DNA from: Candidatus Nanopusillus acidilobi
GTDB taxonomy: Archaea > Nanobdellota > Nanobdellia > Nanobdellales > Nanobdellaceae
Direction of reading: 5' to 3'
Length of the DNA stretch: 32,000 nucleotides
NCBI GenBank assembly: GCA_001552015.1
Contig: CP010514.1
Location: 90,001-122,000 of the forward strand
The stretch's first letter is position 1, and each line of letters begins with the position of its first letter. Shown here in pieces: positions 25,973 to 32,000 of the stretch. Under the pieces are notes generated by a model. The model worked only from the letters and a program-made list of their open reading frames with translations. It did not search any database and had not been told where the DNA came from. A program made the position numbers and the translations under genes.

Positions 25973-26391
25973 TTGTAACATCTGGAAGAGAAGAACTTGT
26001 AGCTGATATTTTAGCAAATGAGGGAAAAAATGGAAAGTATGCTATATATTCTATAATGCAAATACCTGGTGTAAAAGGATATTTATTTGTTGAAACAACT
26101 AATTCTTTAGAATTACAAAGAGCAGTTTTAGGGATAAGGCATGTTAAAAGAGTATTACCTCAAGAAATTCCAATAGAAGATTTATTGAAATACTTTGAAG
26201 AAGAAAAAGTTAAATATGATATAAATGATATAGTAGAAGTATTATCTGGAGCATTTAAAGGAACTAGAGGAAAAATAATAAATATAGATGAAAAGAAAAA
26301 GGAAGTAACAATAGAATTAATTGATGTTCCAGTTCCTTTACAATTAAATGTACCTATAAATAGTTTAAAATTAATAGAAAAATCTAAATAA
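25954..26391 (+). CDS. spt5: Transcription elongation factor Spt5 (archaeal NusG)
   Basis: 145 aa. The NGN domain is IYAIVVTSGREELVADIL...GYLFVET. The KOW motif is DIVEVLSGAFKGTRGKIINIDEKKKEVTIEL. Confidence 0.85.
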   Translation: MPIYAIVVTSGREELVADILANEGKNGKYAIYSIMQIPGVKGYLFVETTNSLELQRAVLGIRHVKRVLPQEIPIEDLLKYFEEEKVKYDINDIVEVLSGAFKGTRGKIINIDEKKKEVTIELIDVPVPLQLNVPINSLKLIEKSK

Positions 26392-27457
26392 CTTCAATTC
26401 CAAGATCACTTTCTAGCTTTTTCTGTTCTTCTGGTTTTAATTCTTTTTCTCCAGATTTTATTCCTAATATAAATGATGGAGGTGCTTTTAATTTTGTAAT
26501 TGTTAATGATACTCTTACATAATTCTTTTTATCTTCTTCAAATGTAATACCTTGTATTAATTTTGCTTTTGGATCTAATACAGATTTTATTGTATCTAAT
26601 ATTTTATTTATATCTGTAGGTGTTACATCTGGTGATGCAACAATTCTTACTAATGCAGCTTTAGCTCCTGTAGCATCAACATCAACTAATGGGTTGTTTA
26701 GTGCTCTTTGAACAGCTTCTGCAGCTTTGTTTTCTGAATTTGATTCTCCAACTCCAAATATACCATATCCAGAGCCAACTACAATTGATCTAAAGTCTGC
26801 AAAATCTACATTTATATATCCTGGTTTTGTTAACAATTCTGTTAGATCTTTTAATGCATTTGCTAATAATGAATCTGCAACTTTAAATGCTTGCATCAAT
26901 GGAATATTTGGATATAAAGTTTGTAATTTATCATTTGGAATAATTACTAGTAAATCAACATTGTTTTCTAATTTTTCTAAGGAATATAAAGCATTATCCC
27001 ATATATTTGCACCTTCTACAGAGAATGGCCATGTACATATAGCAATTACCAGTGTTCCCATCTTTTTTGCAATTTCAGCAACAACCGGTGCTACACCACC
27101 TCCAGTTCCACCACCAAGACCACAGGTTATAAATATGACATCAGAACCTTCTATTGCTTTCTTTAATTCTTGTTCAGATTCTTTTGCGGCTTCTTCTCCA
27201 ACTTTAGGATCTTTTCCTGCACCTAAACCTTTTGTTAATTGTTTTCCTACCAATATCTTCTTGTGTGCTTTTGTTATTAACAAATGTCTAACATCAGTAT
27301 TTACTGCTATTAATTCTGGGCCTTCAATTCCCATACCATATAATGTAGAAATTGTATTGCTTCCACCACCGCCACATCCAATAACTTTTATCCTCTTTGT
27401 TGCCTGTGCTAGATATTCTTCCAGTTCTTTATCAAAAATTTCCGCATTATTATCCAT
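26384..27457 (-). CDS. ftsZ: Cell division GTPase FtsZ
   Basis: 357 aa. IKVIGCGGGGSNTI and the tubulin signature GLGGGTGGGVAPVVAEIAK. Confidence 0.93.
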   Translation of the reverse strand: MDNNAEIFDKELEEYLAQATKRIKVIGCGGGGSNTISTLYGMGIEGPELIAVNTDVRHLLITKAHKKILVGKQLTKGLGAGKDPKVGEEAAKESEQELKKAIEGSDVIFITCGLGGGTGGGVAPVVAEIAKKMGTLVIAICTWPFSVEGANIWDNALYSLEKLENNVDLLVIIPNDKLQTLYPNIPLMQAFKVADSLLANALKDLTELLTKPGYINVDFADFRSIVVGSGYGIFGVGESNSENKAAEAVQRALNNPLVDVDATGAKAALVRIVASPDVTPTDINKILDTIKSVLDPKAKLIQGITFEEDKKNYVRVSLTITKLKAPPSFILGIKSGEKELKPEEQKKLESDLGIEVI

Positions 27458-27521
27458 TAAATTTTTTTGAAAATAAAATTAATAAAATTATCTTTTTTAG
27501 ATAATCAAAAACTTTAAATAA

Positions 27522-27531
27522 TTTATATAAA
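27522..27531 (+). promoter_or_regulatory. Candidate TATA box (TTTATATAAA) 23-32 nt upstream of the ATG at 27554
   Basis: Sequence and spacing only. Confidence 0.3.
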
Positions 27532-27553
27532 CTTTATTTAGATTTTTTCATCA

Positions 27554-28132
27554 ATGGTAAAGTGGGTTGAGATCGAATATTCAATATATGATCAAGATAA
27601 TAGATTATTAGAAAAAACAAATGAGCCAGTAATAATGCCTTTAGGATATAATATATTGAATAAGGAAATTGAAGAAAAATTGGCTAATGCAGAATATGGG
27701 AAAGAATATAACTTTTTATTAAAAAGACCCTTTGGAGAAAGAGATCCAAGTTTAATTAAAATAATACCTATAAGTGAATTTTATAAAAGAAATATAAATC
27801 CAATACCAAATTTAGTTGTAAATGTAGATAATATGGTTGGTGTTATAAGATCTGTAAATAGCGGAAGAGTTGTTATAGATTTTAATCATCCATATGCTGG
27901 TAAAGATTTATTATATGTAATAAAATTAAATAGAGAAGTTACAGATTTAAAAGAAAAAATCTTAGGAATTCTAAGTATAACATATAATATTTCTAAAAAG
28001 AATATTGATGTAAATATTGATGAAAATAATAAGAAAATATCAATAAATGTTAAGGATTCAGATTTAACTAAAGAACAGAAAGAAATTATAAAGAATTTCA
28101 TACCAGAAGTAAAGGATTATAATATAGAATAA
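27554..28132 (+). CDS. FKBP-type peptidyl-prolyl cis-trans isomerase (SlyD-like, with insert-in-flap and C-terminal domain)
   Basis: 192 aa. VVIDFNHPYAGKDLLYVIKLNREV matches the archaeal/SlyD FKBP signature (DFNHPLAGK.L.F.v.v). FGERDPSLIKIIPISEF is the IF-domain junction. Confidence 0.7.
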   Translation: MVKWVEIEYSIYDQDNRLLEKTNEPVIMPLGYNILNKEIEEKLANAEYGKEYNFLLKRPFGERDPSLIKIIPISEFYKRNINPIPNLVVNVDNMVGVIRSVNSGRVVIDFNHPYAGKDLLYVIKLNREVTDLKEKILGILSITYNISKKNIDVNIDENNKKISINVKDSDLTKEQKEIIKNFIPEVKDYNIE

Positions 28133-28165
28133 TTTATAATTTCTTTTTATCATAAAATTTATATT

Positions 28166-28238
28166 GGGCCCGTAGCTTAGTTGGTAAAGCGTCGGGCTCT
28201 TAACCCGAAGATCGGGGGTTCGAATCCCCCCGGGCCCG
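28166..28238 (+). tRNA. tRNA-Lys (anticodon CUU)
   Basis: 73-nt cloverleaf. Acceptor stem GGGCCCG/CGGGCCC; D arm GCTT-AGTTGGTA-AAGC. Anticodon stem TCGGG/CCCGA with loop CTCTTAA (anticodon CTT). T arm GGGGG-TTCGAAT-CCCCC; discriminator G. No encoded CCA and no intron. Confidence 0.9.
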
Positions 28239-28311
28239 GGTTCGATTATCATGAATGGTTAAGGTTATTAACAATCATAGTTTTATATTGGACAATGTTT
28301 TCTAATATCTT

Positions 28312-31300
28312 ATGGATATAAAGAAAATATCATATTTTACCATAGTAAGCTTTCTATTGTTGATTTCTACGTTTAATATATATTCACAAGTCGGAGCAAA
28401 TGTTGTTGGAAGTAATAGTGCTCAAACAAATAGTATAGCATTACCTCAAGGAAATATATATTATTGTATTGCTGCATCAGATTCTGATGTATATCCTATA
28501 TTGATATCAAATACTCAAAATATTCCAACTCCTTCTCCATTCCAGCAAGATATAGCAGTATGTAATGGAAGTATAAATATTGGTAATAATTTTGCATATA
28601 TAAATAATGTAACATTATTTAATCAAATAGATTCAAATGGACAGAATGTATATTTTGTAAATAGTTCTGGAAATATTTTATATTCATGGTATGAAGGTCA
28701 ATTAAATTATAATGGAGTTACTTGTGATGTTTGGTGGATAAATATACCTCAAGGAATTCCAGCAAATTCAGGTGTAACTATTTATATGTATATAGGATCC
28801 AATAGTTCTAATTATTACCAACAATATTATCCATATGTTGGTGCACCTATACAAGTTTTAGGTACTTCTCAATATGATAATGGACAAAAAGTATTTAATT
28901 ATTATCAAAACTTTGGAAATTTGGGTTCCTTACCTTCACCATGGACTTATGTATATAATAATCAAAATAGTGCTTCTTTTTCTACAAATTATACAATTAT
29001 TCCATCTCCTTCTTCTGGTTATAACGAAGGTATTACTACTACAAATAATTATAATTTACAAAATAATATATTAGAAATTTATACTTCTGTTCCAACTACT
29101 AGCGGTACGAGTTGGGATTATACAGATTTAGGAGTAGGTGATGCAAATAATAGAAATACATATTTTGTTGGTGGCGGAGGTGGGCTTATAGCTGGTGGTA
29201 ATAGTAATGGTGCTGCATTTTCATATAGTAATATAGGAACCGCTGGTGAGTTTAAATTATTTGTAGGAACTTCTAATGTAGGAAGTACACCATATAGTTA
29301 TGTTCCAACAATATATGAAATTGGATTTTCTAGTAGTTATACTTATTTCTTAGTAAATTATACTCAAATATTAAGTACTACAACAATACCTGGTTCATTT
29401 AGTTTACCAATAACAATAGGGCAACAAAACTCAGGTAATAATATATACTTATATTGGGTTTTATTAAGATCATTGCCACCAAATGATGTAATGCCTTCAA
29501 TTTCTTTATTATCTAATACAATAACTCCAAACTTTAATGTATTAGTAGAAAATTCAAATTCTATAATAGGAGAATCAAATAATAATATATGCTCCTTTAA
29601 TTCACAAAATTTATATAATGTAATAGGAGGTATTTCAATAGATAATTATTCTACTCCAGTAATTTTATATAATTCAACATATACATATACAACAACAACT
29701 ACTCAGACAATATCATTTAATGTACAAAAGCAAAATGAAACAGTATTAATTTTATTATCATTATCGGGCAATGGGATAAATGGTGGATATATGAGTAGTG
29801 TAGCATTACCTACTGGATGTTCTCAATTATTCTTAACTTCTTCAGGAAATTCTGCTAGTGTATATGCTGCAGAATGTAGGGATTTATCTCCAGGTAGTTA
29901 TAGTGTTTCATATACTATTAATTCAAATCAAGGATCTTATGTTTCTATATTGGTATTAGGATTTCCAGTATTTACTTTTGATATTACAGGACCAAATAGT
30001 ATAGCTGTTTATACAAATTATAGTAATTCTACAACAATATATGTAAATCAATTAACAGGAAATACTGCTTTGCCAGTTACTCTTTCTTGTTCAACAAGTA
30101 ATTCAAATCTACAATGTTCATTATCTAATACCACTGTTACTCCAAATGCATCAGTAACTTTAACCGTTACTGCATCATCATCATCAATTACCCCAGGAAC
30201 ATATTCAGTAACAATTTCAGGTACAGCGCAAAATGGAGTTACGAATTCTACTACTATAACAGTTAATGTACAACAATTATATAATAACCCACAAATATAT
30301 ATTATATCCCCATCTAATAATTCAGTATCAAATTATTATCAACTAAATATATCATTCTATACAAATTATCCAAATGTAAATGTAACAATAAATGGACAAA
30401 CATATAATATAAATGTAACACCAGGTAATAATATTATTCAATTAAATTATGAAAATTCATCATATAATTTACCAGGATTATATAATATTATACCAAATGG
30501 AGGAAATATTACAATAGAATTATCAACATCGAATCCTGAGGGAATAACAAATTCAACAGGAATATATGTTTATACATTACCTTCACCAATATTTAATGTA
30601 TCATATACATATCCTACACCATCAAATGGTACACAAGAAAATATATGGTTATTAGAAGTTAGTGCAAATGTATATGATAATACTTTAGGTCAAGATTATT
30701 GTCAAATACAATTATTAAATCAAACAAGTAATCAATGGGTAACAATAATTAATTCATGTTCAGATATATTATATAATGGAATATTACAAGAATATGCAAA
30801 ATTAAATAGTAATGGATATTATTCAATATGGTATAAAGTATATGCATATAATAATTATGGATTAAATCAATATACAAATCCCCAGGTAATATATATATCA
30901 CAAAATGCATATAATGTATCAGTAATAAATCCAACATTAAGTAATACACAAATACAAGGAATAATAGATTCAGCAATTAATAGTTCTATACCTGTAGTAG
31001 TATTCTCTCCAGGAGTATATTTAGTAAACTTAATAATAAACCCACAAGGTCAAAATATAACATTATTAGGACAAAATACAATATTTGAACCTGCAAATCC
31101 AGGATTACCTGTTATAGATGTATTATCATCAAATGTAACAATACAGAATATAAATATTAATACAAATCTATTTGCAATAAATGTAGAAAATGGAACTATT
31201 AATTTAATAAATGATAATATAAATTCAGGATTGTTTGGAATAGATGTAAAGAATCCATCAGTAGTAAATGTATATAATTCTACAATAAATGGAAATATAG

Positions 31301-32000
31301 GAGGAATATATGGTTATATACAAAATTCAACAATAGAAAATACAAATATTCAATCATCAGTATGGGGAATATATGATGACAATCCATATAATGTAATAAT
31401 AAATAATTCAAATATAAATGGACAAATATTTGGAATAGATTTTGATGGAAATGCAGTAAATAATGTAATAGAAAATAGTAATGTAATATCTAACATATTT
31501 GGAATAAAGATAAATAATGGAAATAATAATAATATAATAAATAACAATATAGAATCAAATATATTTGGAATATATTTAACATCTTCAGGAAATAATATAG
31601 AAAATGATTATATAAAAGTAGGACAGGTATTTGGATTATATGAAACTGCTTATAATAATATAATAAATGTAACAACAAATGGAGGATTATTTGGATATTA
31701 TTTAACAGGTAATGCAACAAACATATCATTATATAATTCACAATTAGGTATTGAAATATATGGAAGTGGATATATAGATAATTTAACAACATCTACAGGA
31801 AGTGTAAATGTATATTATAATAATTCACAAGGATTCATAAATAGTTTAAGTAGTGTAATATCTAGTACGAATGTAAATAACACATTATATAATTATTATG
31901 AAGGAATATCAATAATAGGAAATATAAATGGAAATATTACATTTATTAATCTATTATCTGCTACTAGTTATATTGTAGAAAAGATAGTAGGAGGTAATGG
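28312..32000 (+). CDS. Giant secreted surface protein (S-layer/adhesin-like): signal peptide, DUF2341/LamG-like domain, Ig/FN3-like domains and a right-handed parallel beta-helix (PbH1/NosD-like). 3' end beyond the window (over 1229 codons visible)
   Basis: ATG at 28312 (MDIKKISYFTIVSFLLLISTFNIYSQ). I checked manually that frame 1 stays open from about 29521 to 32000. The track lists no terminated plus-strand ORF covering this region. DUF2341-like motifs: CDVWWINIPQGIPANSGVTIYMYIGSN and NIYLYWVLLRSLPPNDVMPS. Ig-like module: FDITGPNS...TPGTYSVTISGTAQNG...ITVNV. FN3-like motif: YYSIWYKVYAYNNYGLNQYTNP. Repeats of about 22 aa, N.I.N..IFGI, from about 31090. Extremely rich in N-x-S/T sequons. Confidence 0.75.
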   Translation, partial: MDIKKISYFTIVSFLLLISTFNIYSQVGANVVGSNSAQTNSIALPQGNIYYCIAASDSDVYPILISNTQNIPTPSPFQQDIAVCNGSINIGNNFAYINNVTLFNQIDSNGQNVYFVNSSGNILYSWYEGQLNYNGVTCDVWWINIPQGIPANSGVTIYMYIGSNSSNYYQQYYPYVGAPIQVLGTSQYDNGQKVFNYYQNFGNLGSLPSPWTYVYNNQNSASFSTNYTIIPSPSSGYNEGITTTNNYNLQNNILEIYTSVPTTSGTSWDYTDLGVGDANNRNTYFVGGGGGLIAGGNSNGAAFSYSNIGTAGEFKLFVGTSNVGSTPYSYVPTIYEIGFSSSYTYFLVNYTQILSTTTIPGSFSLPITIGQQNSGNNIYLYWVLLRSLPPNDVMPSISLLSNTITPNFNVLVENSNSIIGESNNNICSFNSQNLYNVIGGISIDNYSTPVILYNSTYTYTTTTTQTISFNVQKQNETVLILLSLSGNGINGGYMSSVALPTGCSQLFLTSSGNSASVYAAECRDLSPGSYSVSYTINSNQGSYVSILVLGFPVFTFDITGPNSIAVYTNYSNSTTIYVNQLTGNTALPVTLSCSTSNSNLQCSLSNTTVTPNASVTLTVTASSSSITPGTYSVTISGTAQNGVTNSTTITVNVQQLYNNPQIYIISPSNNSVSNYYQLNISFYTNYPNVNVTINGQTYNINVTPGNNIIQLNYENSSYNLPGLYNIIPNGGNITIELSTSNPEGITNSTGIYVYTLPSPIFNVSYTYPTPSNGTQENIWLLEVSANVYDNTLGQDYCQIQLLNQTSNQWVTIINSCSDILYNGILQEYAKLNSNGYYSIWYKVYAYNNYGLNQYTNPQVIYISQNAYNVSVINPTLSNTQIQGIIDSAINSSIPVVVFSPGVYLVNLIINPQGQNITLLGQNTIFEPANPGLPVIDVLSSNVTIQNININTNLFAINVENGTINLINDNINSGLFGIDVKNPSVVNVYNSTINGNIGGIYGYIQNSTIENTNIQSSVWGIYDDNPYNVIINNSNINGQIFGIDFDGNAVNNVIENSNVISNIFGIKINNGNNNNIINNNIESNIFGIYLTSSGNNIENDYIKVGQVFGLYETAYNNIINVTTNGGLFGYYLTGNATNISLYNSQLGIEIYGSGYIDNLTTSTGSVNVYYNNSQGFINSLSSVISSTNVNNTLYNYYEGISIIGNINGNITFINLLSATSYIVEKIVGGN
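31090..31800 (+). repeat. In-frame tandem coils of about 66 nt (about 22 aa) in the parallel beta-helix region of the giant surface protein
   Basis: Recurrent units: NLFAINVENGTINLINDNI / SGLFGIDVKNPSVVNVYNSTI / NIGGIYGYIQNSTIENTNI / SSVWGIYDDNPYNVIINNSNI / GQIFGIDFDGNAVNNVIENSNV / SNIFGIKINNGNNNNIINNNI / SNIFGIYLTSSGNNIENDYI / GQVFGLYETAYNNIINVTT / GGLFGYYLTGNATNISLYNS. Confidence 0.6.

Noticed and set aside
26727-27470. 247-aa plus-strand ORF
   Set aside because: It lies entirely antisense to ftsZ, whose product has unmistakable tubulin/FtsZ motifs. Its own product is low-complexity (PPPVPPPRPQ, SSSS) and mirrors the Gly-rich FtsZ codons. It is a shadow ORF.
28238-28250. GGTTCGATT just after the tRNA, resembling the T-loop GGTTCGAAT; considered as a possible att-site duplication marking an integrated element
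   Set aside because: The similarity is only about 9 nt. I could not find a matching second repeat copy. No integrase is adjacent, since xerA lies 5.5 kb away across core genes. This is insufficient for a mobile-element call.
28064-28252. 62-aa minus-strand ORF
   Set aside because: It runs through the tRNA-Lys gene (its GPGGIRTPDLRVKSPTLYQLSYGP is just the translated tRNA complement) and through the 3' end of the FKBP gene. It is spurious.
28874-31792. Short ORFs at 28874-29074 (+), 30749-30976 (-), 31350-31547 (-) and 31490-31792 (-)
   Set aside because: All lie inside, out of frame with or antisense to, the long frame-1 surface-protein ORF. Their products are Ile/Leu/Tyr low-complexity strings of the kind expected from AT-rich shadow frames.
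1-32000. Search for CRISPR arrays, rRNA genes, IS elements, inteins, and tRNA introns or further tRNAs
   Set aside because: No regularly spaced direct repeats were seen. The only GC-rich structured islands are the tRNA-Lys and the 22662-22772 ncRNA region. No transposase-like ORF was found. The RNA polymerase subunits have normal lengths, which leaves no room for inteins.

Overview
Very AT-rich archaeal chromosome segment (GC roughly 25-30% by eye; Ile/Asn/Lys/Tyr-rich proteins; standard code, TGA/TAA/TAG all used as stops). The centre is a housekeeping core. It holds the RNA polymerase operon rpoH-rpoB''-rpoB'-rpoA'-rpoA'' (split B and split A), then rpl30e-rps12-[membrane protein]-rps7, then pdaD and cydAB. 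After that come xerA, a C/D box sRNA, an orphan nucleotidyltransferase, rpl10(P0)-rpl1-rpl11 on the minus strand, secE-spt5 on the plus strand, ftsZ, an FKBP-type PPIase and tRNA-Lys(CUU). FtsZ plus split rpoB argue against a TACK archaeon. The divergent core proteins and broken operons suggest a fast-evolving, small-genome (DPANN-like) lineage, but that is inference only. Both ends encode envelope functions and neither edge ORF is in the supplied track because each is truncated by the window. On the left (7960 -> <1, minus strand) is a nine-gene, translationally coupled operon. It encodes a class III signal (type IV pilin-like) protein, a PilC/TadC/FlaJ-like polytopic platform protein and four small paralogous Cys-pair anchored proteins. 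It also encodes an N-terminally anchored papain-family cysteine protease and two Cys-rich, sequon-dense exoproteins. No ATPase or prepilin peptidase is visible. This is my best candidate for an undescribed system: a pilus or pseudopilus-like surface apparatus coupled to a protease. On the right (28312 -> >32000, plus strand) is a surface protein of more than 1229 aa with DUF2341-like, Ig/FN3-like and parallel beta-helix modules. Other notable points are an apparently inverted secE-spt5 cassette with a palindromic twin-TATA junction, and loss of nusA with a membrane gene inserted between rps12 and rps7. There is also a P0 without an acidic tail or an adjacent P1 gene, and a GC-rich hairpin plus C/D-box ncRNA island. 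No CRISPR array, rRNA gene or recognisable IS element was found.
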